Numbered from the whole stretch's first letter, positions 36,968 through 51,294 are shown. The stretch is 63,991 nt of DNA, filler included, from Hausera hauseri (GCA_046269625.1; 13 parts of 13 records of this genome joined end to end with filler, not necessarily neighbours in it), one strand, 5' to 3'. Translations and numbers: made by a program. The notes: a model not told the origin generated them from the letters alone.

Positions 36968-37224
36968 TTAGTGATTACAATACAGATCACAATTTTCAGG
37001 TGTTGCTTTATATACTGAAGGTATTCTTGATATAAATATATGTATGTATTCTTCTGCTGTTAGATTTCGATTTGCCGTAATTTTATACAAGGGTATTGTC
37101 CAACGTCGAACAGCTTTGTTATTTACATCTAGGGACTGAGCAGATATACAGATCACTAGGCTTAGCATTATAAATGTTGTTATTATTAATGAGCTAGAAT
37201 TTTCACTCCTTATCCTTGATTCTG
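36968..37224 (-). CDS. Signal peptide and start of env-like extension in frame with integrase
   Basis: SLIITTFIMLSLVICISA|QS directly after the GPY module in ORF 36968..37735; contig ends just after. Confidence 0.55.
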
Positions 37225-40200
37225 GTGGCGCTGGTTTGCATTGATTTACATGAATTTTTATGGCATTCACTTTGTTTCTTTTATTTTTATTTAAGTAAAC
37301 ATTAACTTCGTTCACTTTCTGAATTGTATAAGAACCTTTATATGGTCTATGTACTTTTGAAGTTTTGCCTTTTTTACTTAAAGGAGTATGCAACAAAACG
37401 TTATCTCCAGGTTTATAGTTATGTGATTTGGCCTTTTCGTCATAACGAGTTTTGTATTCTTTTTGACAAATTTTTATATGTCGTAAAGCAAAATTCCATA
37501 CGTATCCCAGTTTCTCTTCTAGTAATTCTTTATATTCCATATCTTTTAAATAAGAGATAGGCATTTTGAAATCTAAGTCAACCAGCATATATGCATCTCT
37601 GAGATACATCAAGTAAAACTGTGTTTCTTTCGTTACAGGATGAATCATGTTTCTGATAGCAAATAAACACGGTTTGATATATTCATCCCAGTCGTCTTGG
37701 CGTTCATTAACCATTGTAGCCAACATGTTTATCACTATTCCATTAAACCTTTCTACTGTTCCATTGGTTTGAGGATGATACGGAATTGTTTTTATTTGTT
37801 ATATCCGAAATATTTTTGATATATCTTCTATGACTTCTATAAAGTTTGGGGATTGATCTGTCAATAGTTTAGAAGGTGCTCCATAATTAAAGATGATCTC
37901 TTCAACAAAGGCTTGAGAGATAATCTGGACCTTCTGATCCGGTGTCAAAATTACTACCAGCCATCTATATAGTAAATCTACAAATACTAACATGTATTAA
38001 TTTTCATTCACTATCATTGGCATCGGTCCAAAAAGATCCATAGATGAAAATTCCATTGGAGCTGGTGGGCATTTTAATAGCTTAAGACGAGCTTTAATTT
38101 TTGAGCCTGTATTTCTATGTGTAGCATAGATGGGATAGCTTTTGCATCATTCTTGTACATCTCTTTGCATATTTTGCCAATAATACTTTCTTTTTAATCT
38201 GCCCAAAGTTCGTCTTACCGATTGATGTCCTCCCATCATGCCATCATGATACTGTGTTAAAAGTGTCTTTATGTCTTCTTGTGGGATGACTACAACTGAT
38301 TTTCCTTTATAGTTGCAGTATAATATATCATTTTTAATCTCGTAATTTTCGACAAATTTTTCGAGATGAGCATGGAGGTTGGTATCATTTGGTGTAATTT
38401 TCTTTTTCATGTACTCTCTTATTTGTTTTATTTTTTCGTCATTCTGCTGTCGCTGTAATAACGATTTTTCTTGATCCATAGTACTCCAAATGGCTGCTGC
38501 CATACGTCGTTTTTTTTTTCTTTTTGGTCTCTATCCTTAGGCATTCTCGAAAAGTAATGTGCTTTTGCGTTAGCCTTTCTGGTTTTACATTCAAATGTAA
38601 GATCATATGACTGGAGCAGCATTGCCCATTTTATTAAACAGCTATTTGAGTTCTTATGATTTTTCAGCCATTGCAATGGCTTATGATCAGTATATACGAC
38701 GATTGATTTTGTCGCCGATAAGTACTGACCATATTGTTCCAGTGCATATACAATCGCGAGTAACTCCCTCTCAATCGTAGAGTGGTTTCTTTCGTTTTTT
38801 CGTAATTTTCTTCCTCCGAACGATATTAGATGTTCTTGTCCTTTGTCTTCCATTTGTGATAACACAACTCCAATTCCGACTTTACTTGAATCCGTAGCTA
38901 AGAAGAATGGCTTTGATATATTTGGATAAGCTAATATTGGCGGGGATAACAAATTATCTTTTAACTATTGATATGCCTTTTGACATTCTTGAGTCCATAT
39001 GTGTTTGGAAGTTTCTTGTAGCAATGAGTGTAACGGAGCGGCTATTTGTTGACAATCCTTGACAAATTTTCAGTAGTAGCCTGTAAGGCCAAGAAATTTT
39101 CTAAAACATCGAATTACTTTTGAGATTGAAAAATCCTGGATTTTATTGATTTTTCCAATCTGAGAGCTAATGCCTTCTCTACTCACGGTATGACCTAAAA
39201 GTCAACTTTGGTTCAAACAAAACATCATTTATTAAGGCTCAATTTTATGCCAAGGAGTGCACATCTTTCTAGCATATCTTTTAGATGCTATTTATGTTGT
39301 TTATAATCTTTTGAAGCAATTATAACGTCATCCACATATCACATTATATACTGAGCGTCCATGGTAATTATATCCATTGCTGTCTAGAAAGTTGCTGGGG
39401 CATTTTTTATTCCGAATGCCATTCGGTTAAATTCGTAATGCCAATCCGATGTCAGGAACGCTGTTTTCTGTTATCTTTTAGTTTGTCCAGTATCTCCTCG
39501 ATTCTGGGTAACGGATAGGTATTGTCTATCGTTACTTCGTTTAAAGCCCGATAGTCTACACACATTCTTATCGATCCGTCCTTCTTTTGTACCATTACTA
39601 TCGGAGCTGCCCAAGGAGAATTACTTGGTTTAATTATATCACAATGTCTCATTTCGGCTATTATCTCTTTAGCCTTTTCTCTTTTGTCATAATTGAAACT
39701 ATACAGTCTCTTCTTAATGGGATTCTCCATACCCTGTTTCAATTTGATTTCACACTTGATTACAGATATTATACCCATGTCGTATTCATCTATTGCAAAT
39801 ATATCTTTATATTGCTGCAATATTTTGACTATGTCTTCTTTTCCCGCGTCCGTTAATAAACTTTCTTTACCGAACAAGTCGTAGTCATTCCAATCGATAA
39901 CAGTCTTTACAAGTTTTTGTAATCTTATTTTTGTTGAGATAGGTTTTAAGTTTATTCATAGGTTCGTTTCCGAAACGTATTCCACATTTGACATGTGTTT
40001 GCCGTCGTTGTTTTTCCATAAACTCCGACAATTCTTCCACAGTAGATACGATGGCTTCTGTCGCATTATTTTCTATATCTTTCACGATATATACATAGGC
40101 AATTCGTGCGCCTTTTCTCAACAGTTTTGATTTATTAGAGACATTGGCAATCTGAACAATTAATTGTTGTTCTCGGATGTTATCAATGGAATGAGCTATC

Positions 40201-40870
40201 CATAACTTATTTTTATCCATAAAGTTCATGTTAGGTTTAATGTAAACATCACCTTTATCTCTTCCTTCTACCAAGACTTTGAGTACTACTCCCATTCTGG
40301 GTGGTATCAGTACGTCTTCCTTGATAGATACAGTATCTTTTTTCCATTCTTCGTTTTTCGATATAATCAAATTTGTTGCGTCTCCATATGTGTACATATA
40401 TCCTTCAATTTTATCAAAGCATCACAGCCAAGAATAGCTTCTGCTACCAACGCGTCTGCTATTTTAAACTCTTGTTCAAGTTTTTGACCAAGAACATTTG
40501 TTTGGCATTTTAATAAATATCTAACTTGTACTTTTGTTCCAAATGCTCCAACGTTTGTAATATCTTCTGTTAGCTTTTGCAGCTTTTTCTTTAATGGTTC
40601 TGGCAAATGCTTCCGTGAGATCACTAAAGCTGATGCTCCGGTATCTATTATAGCAGTAATGGGCTATCAGTCTACCCAAATTATTGTTCCTGGTGTAACT
40701 TTTTTTCCATCTATGCTGGTTACTAAATCGTTCTTTGGAGCGGAAGGATAAAAGGTTAACTTCATATGGTTTGGATCGTAATTATCCGTGTCACTAGAAT
40801 AGCCCACATTTGTGTATTCATTTGGTGGGATAAAATGTTGTTGTTCCATTGGGTATTCATTCCATCTTTT
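37225..40870 (-). pseudogene. pol: Ty3/Gypsy pol (PR, dUTPase-like spacer, RT, RH, IN); relative of the 22041 element
   Basis: IIDTGAS; [27 protein letters not shown]; YVDD; TDSSKVG; ERELLA; TDHKPL; HDGMMGGH; KKGKTSK; KIHVNQCKP. Confidence 0.95.
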
Positions 40871-41391
40871 CACTTGTGGGATATCTGCCAGTAACGTTCT
40901 CCTTTTTTTGCTACGGTTCGTGATTAGACTCCATGTCTTTTTAATATCTCCCGACTAAAATTTTATCTTGTTTATCGGTGGTGTATTGTCATCATCGTTA
41001 GAGTAGGTTTTATTTTTATTTTTCTGTTTCCATTCAGCATTTTTCTTCATTAGAAAACAACTGGCTAAGGANNNNNNNNNNNNNNNNNNNNNNNNNNNNN
41101 NNNNNNNNNNNNNNNTTAATTAATTAANNNNNNNNNNNNNNNNNNNNNNNNNNNNNNNNNNNNNNNNNNNNGCATTGTCTTATCATGCATCTGCTCCCAA
41201 CAAACCAGACAAGTTTTCGACATTTTGAAATAATGAAATATTAATGCATGTAAATGTCGCATTGTATTGATTTTTTATTCAAATTTCATATCCAAATATC
41301 ATATCCACATTACTTGCTCAAATAAGACAACACGATATTTCCGTACAAGATTTATCACAACCAAAAAATAAGACTAACAATATGTGCATAT

Positions 41392-44300
41392 TTACAGTGC
41401 CACATGTCCATGAGGTAGTGTGTGGACTCAATCACTCAGGATCTGCCGCTTGTCGTCCAACCAATCTAGGGTCTTCTTGTGCAGTTCTACTGTTTGGATG
41501 TTATGATCCCTATATTGGATCCTTCGCATTTTCGATATTATGTGAGTCTGCTCCTGCAGAACTCTCACACAGACCACAAAACTGATCTTGTTGGTCCATG
41601 TAGTTCTTTGAATGCCCTTTGCTCTCTTTGATTTGGCCACATACGTCCAGAGCATACATTTTTGATCACAATGCCACGAAACGGGTGATGATCTTCCAAT
41701 TCACCTCGTCTTTAAATTTCCCGCAGACTTTCTTATTGGTGGTTGAAATATTTGGATGATCCTTTGGATAATCCGAGATATCCGTGTGCGGAGTAAATTG
41801 TGCAAAATCTTCAGACATGTCCTCAGTATGGATGTGATAGATAAAACTATCAATATCCACATATATATATATATATATATATATATCAGCTGCATGGACT
41901 TGAATGTTGGTACCATTGTATCGAATTGGAAGTGGTACATTAGGTTTTTGATAGGCCCAATATTGCCATACCCACATATATGGGCTTGTTGAATACTAAT
42001 GCCGTTTTCTGCATATGGATGCCTACCAAGTTCTCACATATATCGTGCTGTTGTGGACGTTAGGCTTGGCAATAAGCTTCTTTGCCCCCTTCCAGTCACA
42101 AACTAGATCGGTGTTGATCCTGCTACGGATATTGTCCATCATCTTGCTAAAAACGATGTTATTATACAGCTTAAATTGATCTTTTTCGAAATCGTTCTTG
42201 GCATTTGTCCGCAGCTTGGTATTGAGATCAATGTAGGATTGCAGCAACATGGACTGGCTGAATTGGACGCTTCTATGGAACTTAGTAATGCGGAGTCCAT
42301 GTTTAACTGCCTGTTGGGGATTTATGTAGTGGGCAACATACCTCTCACTATTACCCAAATGACAGAGAAGCTTTCGCTGCTTTCCATAGGGCGGTGGCCT
42401 GTTCTCAGGGCGGAAAGGCAGCTGTTGATGCCTTGTGTGGATGGAAGCCGGATAATCCATATCCACCTCGAGTATGTAGCCCGTATCTCCAGTGGGATCC
42501 AGGTCCAGGATAGGGATGTCTTCAGGGTGCTCAACCCACTTAAAGTTATCATATGGCAATGCGGCGCTCATTGCCCATCCATACAAGTTGTTGGCATCCA
42601 GGTAGGAAATATATAATGACTACTTTGTTGAGTCGTATTCAGCCATACACTTGTTATTGGTTTTGCTACACCGGTGAATGGCTTGGCATATTCCTCCTCT
42701 AATGCTCTTTCGATCATAAGGATCATGTCGTAATCCTTAATGATTTGCAGCCTAATACCGGTATAGCACAGCATTGCTACCCAGCTCATCCCTGGAGCCG
42801 TGAAGAAATGAGCCTGATCCAAAGTATGGCTCTTCATGGTAATATCCCTAAAACTCTCAAAGACATCTATCAGCAGCAGCACATCGGTTTGTAGATATAT
42901 ATATCACTATATTCCCCTAATGGTCGGCATTGGAATGCATGCCAGACGTTCTGAGCATGCTAGTAGTCCTCATCACTGATATCGCAGTCCGACAGCTGGC
43001 TGTAAAAGTCATTGGTCGGTAATGAGGACTCATGAGGACCAACATGCTCAGTGAAAGTGATATATTTCTCCTCACTGTTAGGGATCACATCTATATTGCC
43101 ATCAAGCTTGCTTAATTCTCGGACTATATAGTGACTGTCATAGCCGCTGAGATAATGGAATATAACAGGCACATATTTGCATGTTTTGCAGCGAAAATTG
43201 CAGTTGTTACATGCTGCGCCCCGATATGCACCTGTAAAATGGCAATGATATTCGACTTTCCACTTTGCCTTGGTGAAGAACTTGTCGCGCAGTAGCATGA
43301 TGTTGCCTTGTGCCATTCTTCATCTTGTTTCCACGCCATGCTCATATTATCCTTATGTTGTTGCAACATGTTTTCAAGCTCATAAGCCATGTCTTCAAGT
43401 CTCTTCGTGAAATGTGCTGCTGCACCTTGACCTCTGAATAGATGTTATTCACTGTCCATTCCTTTGGTATACATACAATACGATAATAATTCATGATAGT
43501 GGTATGCCGTTGTAGAGCTACATTGAGTACTGAGACTGCATGTGTGATCTGGCCTAGAAAGGAACCTTGATCTTCTCGAATTCCTTAAATTCAATATAGT
43601 CCTCTTTGGGAAATACTGGCCTTACACAATAATTGTTGTTACAGGACATATTGTGCTGTTTAAGCTTGTCCACGGCCTCTTCACCACTGAAACGGGGCAA
43701 GCATCGTTTGCATATTTCGATTCCGTGTTCATGCTTTGTTATTTGGGATCTGACTAGACGTTCAAGGTTCTTTATCCAAACAATGTTTCTTATCACCATC
43801 GTCTAGTAGGAGCAGATCCTATGATCTTCCAATTCAGCATTGCATATTTGTAAGGGGTAGAATTTGTCATCATCCAATCCAAAGATATTGATAGACATGT
43901 TGATGCGGCTGAACTTCTTGATTTCATCTATAGATGGAAGGAATGTGAAACACTGAAAATCGTAGTTGTATTGGAGATCATTATATAGCCAAATTCGATC
44001 TGCTGCATGTTTTTGATCCCGTACGAGTTTACATAAAGCACATACATGAAGCTCTTGTTGTCATTATGGACACTGATGCAAGCATTTTTCTGCTGAATCC
44101 ATTACGGAAGCTGAATATATGAACTGCCTCGCATGGGGGAGTATCTGTGTACATATATAAGCAGTCTCTTGATGGTTGCCAGAGTACATCCACTCTTCTT
44201 ATCCTGGCTTTCATCGGCTTCACTGATCAGCTTCGTATGCTCTTCATTCAGCCATTCAGCTATATTTGTGTTTTCCAATATGGGCCTATTTTTGGCCTTG

Positions 44301-45103
44301 AAGACCCTATTTGATTCTTCAGCATCGACATTCAAGTATGTGGCCTCAAGTTTCATATTAACCTTAAGGGCCTTGAGCTCAGTCATATTGTCATGGATTA
44401 TCCCCTTTGTTTTTTCCTTTGCATATTCCAGGAACTCCTTGATTGTTGTTTGCCCAGCTGCATCAATGACATTTTCGGACTTTTTCTTTTAATGCAGCAG
44501 CATCAACTGACCGCTATCTTTGCTTTTTGGCGGAGCTGCTACGCCTGTTGGGTTTAGGGCATCTGATAGGCCTGATGCTCACTAAATATAATCTTCTTGG
44601 ACTTTTATGCGAAGTCAGTCAAATGATGCTTGTGATCTTCATAGAACTGTATGTATTCTCCATCACATACAGGCTCACATCTTGGGCAAATATAATAGAG
44701 GATGGTATTGAATTTGTGGCCGTAATAGCTCCTAATGGTATTGTGGCAATTCTCAGGGTTATGTATTGTACATGTGCAATACACATATGAATTGCACCTT
44801 TGGTTTTCATTTGACACAAAAGACGTTATTTGCATATTGGTACTGAATATTTGTTTTTTCAACTTGGCGAAGGATATCAAGTGCTGTTTATGGACATGGT
44901 AAAATTCATCGGACCCTGTCCTGCACACTACCTCACATGTAGTGCATACATAATACTCAACCCTGTTGAACATATGCCCAAAGTATTTCATCATAATGCT
45001 ATGGCAAATTTCCGGTCCATGGATTGGAGCCAAGCAATCTGTAAAGTTTGCACATTTAACCAAAGCAATTATTTGATGAACACAAATAAAAAAAACTTAC
45101 CAT
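41392..45103 (-). pseudogene. polB: Polinton-type pPolB, near full length, second subfamily, with N-terminal Cys/His repeats and endonuclease VII-like insert
   Basis: SYIQLP; WIKNLERL; YHCHFTGAYRGAACNNCN; FHYLSGYDSH; FFTAPGMSW; YLDANNLYGWAM; KLYNNIVFSK; YVDIDS; GKFKDE; RAKGI; TLPHGH*. Confidence 0.93.
41861..41886. repeat. (AT)13 microsatellite inside polB
   Basis: Read directly from the sequence. Confidence 0.97.
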
Positions 45104-45630
45104 TCGCGGAAGTAAATTTGGAAATAATGAAAAATATAGCTATGTCAACTTACACTGTCTAATTTTTGAAAATTGATGAAGTAAAACAAAACACATCTAC
45201 CAAAATAATTTTGATGCAGTAAAACAAAACAAATGGAAGGAAATAATTTTAATGGTGGGGTAAATTTGGCACTGCATATTGTTGCCAATATGTTGTATTG
45301 TCAACATTATGCTTTTGTTTTAATGCGTCAAATGATTTAAATATGTGGCGGCGCCATATTCGGTTTTCATATATGCGAAATCGATTAAAGCCATCATATT
45401 CTTCGAATAATGCATACTTGACCTAATATTCGATTTCGAATCGATATTTCTTCGAGTTCGAATAATGTTTTCAATAATCTGACAGCAGATTCGGATTATA
45501 CACATATGCTTTCGTATCCATGTACGCTTANNNNNNNNNNNNNNNNNNNNNNNNNNNNNNNNNNNNNNNNNNNNTTAATTAATTAANNNNNNNNNNNNNN
45601 NNNNNNNNNNNNNNNNNNNNNNNNNNNNNN

Positions 45631-47129
45631 GCAAATTGTTGATGGTTGACTGCTGGCGAGATTATCATGCATAGATCTTGTCTAAACCGACTGTCATCGA
45701 TTAATTTTTGGTTGACATAGCTAGATATTTTTCGAACTATTTCTACGCCATCCTGGTCTAAATCCACAGGTGAAGACTCATAGCTTAGAGATTTTTCCTT
45801 TATTTTCTTTCTCCTCATTCTTTTTATCTTCTCTTTGGGTTCACTTTCTCCACTTAACTCACTCTTTTCACTTCCGCTTCCGAAGGGTAAGTTTAGTTCC
45901 GGAGTCTTCAATGCTTATTTTTGTATCAAAGATCTATCCTTTTTCTTAACCCTTTTCTTTTCTGTATCCGATTCTGGTGCAGGAGTCTTTTTAGACCTGC
46001 CAACAGGAGCAATGACTGAATTTTCNNNNNNNNNNCTTTTCTCACAGATTTGTTGCTCCTTTAATTCAAGATACAGCTGTTTTAATTCAGCTATCTTATC
46101 TTCCTCATGCACTGTATTAGTTTTACTTTCTTTTAATTTAGATGTAATTTTTTGTTGAAGTTTTTATATTGTATCTTCGGGCTCTGTGTCCGTAGTTTCA
46201 TGCTCTTTACCTGTATCGGATATGTTTCCAATCATTTCAACATTCTTCTTTTTTTGATTTGATTGTCCTTGATTAGGACAGGCGCAAGCCATATGCTCAT
46301 ATTTTTGACATTAAAAACACAATTGCTGTCCATCTTGATTAACTGGAGGTTTCCTCATTGCAGATTTCTGGGTCTGATCTTTCCAGGAGAGCTTTTTCTG
46401 CCGTTGTTCCGGTTGATTCTGATATTTTTGAAAAGAGTTCTGCTGAAAATTCTTTGACTTCTTATCATCATTTTAGGATGTTTCTTGGTATTTTCGAGTC
46501 TCGCATAATTAACTTCAATTTTCCTAGCCCTGTTGATGGCTTTTTTATATGTATCCGTATCTGCAACGATAATGTAATTTTGAATTTCCTTATTAACTCC
46601 ATAACAAAATTGAGCTAGGAGGGCATCTTCCCTTATATCAACATTGGCATTAGCTCTGTGAGCCAGTTTCTGAAGGTCACATGCAAACTCTTGCACCGTT
46701 TCGCCTTTCCTTTGACGTCGCCTGTTAAACTCTCCTATTCAACTTTTTCCTGGCTAGCCCAATCAGCTTTATCTTTTTCATCTTTTATTTGTGTATAGGC
46801 ACTAAGTGCCATACCTTTGAGATGTAAGGGAATCCGCTTCATCCTGAGCTCATCTGTCCAGTTAAAACTTTTGGAGTACATTTCATATTGCATAATGAAT
46901 TCTGCATAGACTGGTAAGGTTTGGCCTCATATTTCTCCACTGCTAATACCATATTTCCTGACAAGTTACTGCCTAAGCTTGCGCCTAATCCGGAATTCGA
47001 CATCTCTAGGTTCTCGTTCAAATTTATCTCGGAATTTGCGTCAGATTCGGAACTACTCCTTGCCGAATCTGTAGCAGAAATTGTATCAGTAACGTGTGCT
47101 TTACGTTTATTGCGTAAAGAATACGACAC
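45631..47129 (-). pseudogene. gag: Ty3/Gypsy gag with CCHC knuckle, degenerate
   Basis: IPLHLKGMALSAY; RRQRKGETVQEFACDLQKLA...QFCYG; knuckle CF*CQKYEHMACACP near 46280-46325. Confidence 0.85.
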
Positions 47130-47142
47130 CAGTGTGCCTTTT

Positions 47143-47160
47143 CACTCGGGGAACCAGTGA
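47143..47160 (-). promoter_or_regulatory. LTR end (...TCA) and primer-binding site TGGTTCCCCGAG (tRNA-Glu-like)
   Basis: CA-c-TGGTTCCC immediately upstream of gag. The LTR extends to higher coordinates; its outer end was not located. Confidence 0.6.
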
Positions 47161-49599
47161 TAAGTATATGAGGTTCGAAAGAAGTTTGGGTCTTCCCAAA
47201 CTTAAACTTATACTCTTTACTTAATTCGGATATAGCATTGATTTTCTCCTTCCTCTAAGGCTGTGGGTTTGTTATTTGTTCTTAGAAACAGCCTGTGGGG
47301 TTTGCTTGAAGTTTTAGTTATTCTTAGTGTGAATAACGTTCAGGAGGTACACTGACTGTTTTATTCCCTTTATTTTTATCGGAATTTTAGTAACCGATTT
47401 CTTAATACCGGTTGAAAATCGGGCCCTTTTTATTGATCTAATTAAACTTAAAATAAAAACTTCTTAATTAATATTAAACTACAATTAGAAATGAAGAAAT
47501 TGATAAAGTTTAATAATTATTAAAATGAGACGATATGAATACAAAAAAGAATAAAATAACTTACATGAAAACTTTGACATAATAGTGATTCTCAAAATTG
47601 TATTAGTTAATTTTTTGTCCGTCTTTATCCAAAAATATCACTATATATATATCCATTCAGGGATGCCAAAGAAATTAGAAACAATTGAAAAATGATAAGA
47701 AAATGAATCGGATAAATAAAAGTAATTATAAACCATACATAATAAAATTCCAAAATGAAATAAATAAATGAAGAATAATTGTTAAAAATCGTGTACATAT
47801 AATTTTTCGGCTGACTAATTAACATGAGTTCTAGTTCCGATAACGCTTTAAATTAAATCAAAATTGATCAGAGTTATCTATTTCGTTTGAAATCGGAATT
47901 GATCAGAGTTGTTTATTTCGTTTAACAATTGGAAGTCACTTGTTAGCCATATAATATTATACTTGTGTTGTATCCCCCGTTCACGTAATAGTACTTGTTC
48001 ATTACTTTCTCTATCATTGATCTACTTTACGTTACTTCCCTAACGAAAACAAATTCGTTGGGAGCTATTATGAAACTAATTTTAGTGTAAATGAATATTT
48101 TTACAATTAATCATTGTGTTATGGTTAGGGTGGCCCTTATCGTCCCCCACTATAACAATATTATCTCCAATTTAAAAATCGCTTTTTGAGCAGGTTAGGA
48201 TTACTCGATCTCGAGTAATCTGCTTGTGCCTTAGTAGTTTAGACCACTTAAAAAATCTCGATGCGGGTACTGCGTGCGTTTAACTGATTGCCTTAGATTA
48301 ATAATTCTGGTCTTAACTATCTAAATTAATCTGATTTTATCCTAGGGTAGTCCAAATCAGCTTTAAGAGCCGATGAAAAACTATAGCGGATTTTAGAAAG
48401 CAACAAATAATCAATACCTTTTATTCAATCTCGCAACACGTAAGTCAGAAATCAGTAAATCGATAGTAGTGTCAACGTAGTAAACCTTCTTCTGGATCAA
48501 CGAATACTTGAGCGATTCTAATTCGCAAAATTTAAATCGGTTAGCTGGTGCGATACTAAGTCGCAGTAAAACTGTTCGATCTTCACTGTTTATGATCTGC
48601 TTATATACTAGATAGGTATACTGATAATCCATTTAATTTGGTTTTTCCCATATAATTATACAAATGTTCAAATTCTCATTGATTTGATTAGGTTTGTTTT
48701 CCGACATCGATAAAAATAAAATATCAACAATTGTCTATTTACAATAATAACAGCGTTTTATTTCGCATGTTCGATTTTCGACACAGATAAAAATTTAGAA
48801 TATTCAAAATTATCTAGGTACAATAACAACAGATGTTTATTTTGCAGCATGTTGTTATTTACCGTTCATACTTCTACAATTGTTATTATTTATTTAATCT
48901 GACAGTTAGCGTGCAACTGCACTTTTCAATCAAGGCTGTGACCTCAACATGACTAATAACCTTAAATTACTTTAGATTATCATAATCTTTATTGATGACA
49001 CATTGATAACAAACATATTTCATTTTACACACAGCGCTGGAATTTTATTTACAACTTATTCAATTTTAGTAATTGGTAATCTGTTTGTCAATTTTTAAAA
49101 TTACAATGTCAAAATTTCTAATTATGTCCATCGATTTCTTTTGCCATGGACATCTATATTATGTTGGTACTTATTCAATATGGTATTGTCATCGAAATTC
49201 ACCATGCTTTTATTTATGTGTACATTCTTTTACTCTTATTTAGTCATTTCATACAATTTAGCTACATACCAATCTCACTTACACAATTTCATTGTCATAC
49301 TCATTAATTTGCATATTCAATCTTACATACATACTATGATAAACTTATGACACTATATACATTCGAATATATACATCTTTTTGACCACACACCAATTCAT
49401 ATAATTAATATAATAAACGTAAAACGGTACATCGATATAGTATATATAAACACACACAATATACGTGGTGCGCCAAATAAGTAGTGAGCCTGCCATAGAA
49501 AACAATTCGATACAAATGAAATTTATTTTACATAACAAGTTATAAAGGTATCATTCATTATATTTGTTTTAATAAATTATTTGTTATTATTTTACAAAG

Positions 49600-50300
49600 T
49601 ACAGAATTTTAAAAATGTCTTTGGAAAGTGTCATATCGAAGCGTCATTGGCTTATTGTTTAAGGAAAAAGCCAGGAAGAGATATTCATCGAGCTGAGTTC
49701 TATTTATGGTGAAGACAGTCCATCCATGGCTAGTGTCAAACGATGGTTCAACCATTTTCGAGATGATCGAGCATATGCTTTTGATGAAGAAAACTCAAAC
49801 AAATCGTGCAGACCGAGCGACGAATAACCACCATAGAACTAACAATGCGCTTAAATGTCAACAAAAGTACATACAGTCATTATTTGCTGCAACTAGAATT
49901 ATCAAATTGTGTTCCCGCTTTGTTCCGCGGTTTTTAACAGCGGAAGTGCAAAATCGCCGATTGAGTTGCTGTCAGGAGAACTAGAATATCTTTGAACATG
50001 TTGGCGACCGCTTCTTTCAGAATATGATAACCATGGATGAAGCACCTTTTGCTCTTTATGTACGGTCAAGACGTGAGTCTCAAGAGTGGAAGCTGCCAGA
50101 GGAAGAGTCTCTTTAACTATCTTAAGCGAGTTCTCAGAGGCCAACATTTCGCTACAAAAGACGATTTGAAGGATACAGTCTCAAATTTTTTGCCCAAAAG
50201 CCGTTGAAATTCTTCGAAAAAGTCTTCAAGGACCTTGTTCGTCGTTGAAAAAAATATGCAAAAGTAAATTGAAATTTCTTTGCGAAATGATGCCCTTATC
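49600..50300 (+). mobile_element. mariner transposase remnant, internally deleted
   Basis: EIFIELSSIYGEDSPSMASVKRWFNHF (HTH); KLCSRFVPRFLT (WVPHEL-like); ITMDE; LKRVLRGQHF. Confidence 0.85.
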
Positions 50301-50434
50301 ACTTGCTTGTTATGAACAATAAATTTTATTTCAANNNNNNNNNNNNNNNNNNNNNNNNNNNNNNNNNNNNNNNNNNNNTTAATTAATTAANNNNNNNNNN
50401 NNNNNNNNNNNNNNNNNNNNNNNNNNNNNNNNNN

Positions 50435-51285
50435 CCTTTCCCCCCCCCTTCCTTTAGCAGAAAATCACTTTATCAGCAGCTAGGGAGACCCTTGTGACCG
50501 CTATTTGTCACCTCATTTGGAATTGTTGCAGAGCTGTCAAAGCTGCAGATTTCAGGTTGTACGGAAAAAGGGGAAATGTAAGTCAAAGCACTCGAGCCTG
50601 TCGTAGAACACCAGCACTGCTGTTTTCTAACTAATGTCCCAAATCTTGGAGGTCCTTAACTCAGAACTACAGAAAGCAGAACTTGTTTGGGTCTTGTTTG
50701 TTTTTCAAGGCTTTAATGTGAACAGTATGTTCTTAATGAGGCCTGTGATTTCTCCCTCAAATGTGGCGTTGTGGTTCAAATTAGAAAGCCGTCTCCTCCT
50801 TCCATCTCCCTCTACCAAAATGTTATTTCCTTCTTTCACCTTATGCCAGAATGTCATTCCTTTCTTGCACCACTTGTGACAATGTCTCATCTTTAATGTT
50901 CATGACTATCATTATCCTTTCTGACTTGGCACATGCTCTGGCAATTCAGTCTGGCACTTTATTACATATTGTACCACAAGCTGCTGTTCATTATGCTATA
51001 ACCTGGGAGGTTTCTGCCAAAGCTATCAGTCATAAAACGATGCTCCATTTTCAGTCAGAAAGTTTACAGTTTTTTTTTTACTGGCTGACTGTAAAAAAGG
51101 TACTGTAATGCTAATCAAAATTTCACCTAGATACAACATTAAAATACATACACTTGATGCTTCAAAGTCCCTGGTGGATAGGTACAGCCAGCAGAGTCAT
51201 AGTACACCGAAGCTTGACCAAGGATGTTAAGCAACTGCTCCTGAATGTACATGGTGTCCATTCCTAACATAGCTGTAAAGAAATT
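50435..51285. other. CpG-depleted, vertebrate-like genomic DNA with a possible minus-strand terminal exon
   Basis: About 8 CpG counted in ~850 nt of moderate GC; minus strand TTCTTTACAG then YVRNGHHVHSGAVA* (about 51227-51272). Confidence 0.45.
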
Positions 51286-51294
51286 AAAAGTGCA

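Noticed and set aside
39885-40397. dUTPase-like segment between protease and RT as a novelty (also near 53280-53500)
   Set aside because: Catalytic motifs are absent, and such degenerate spacers are common in Gypsy pol.
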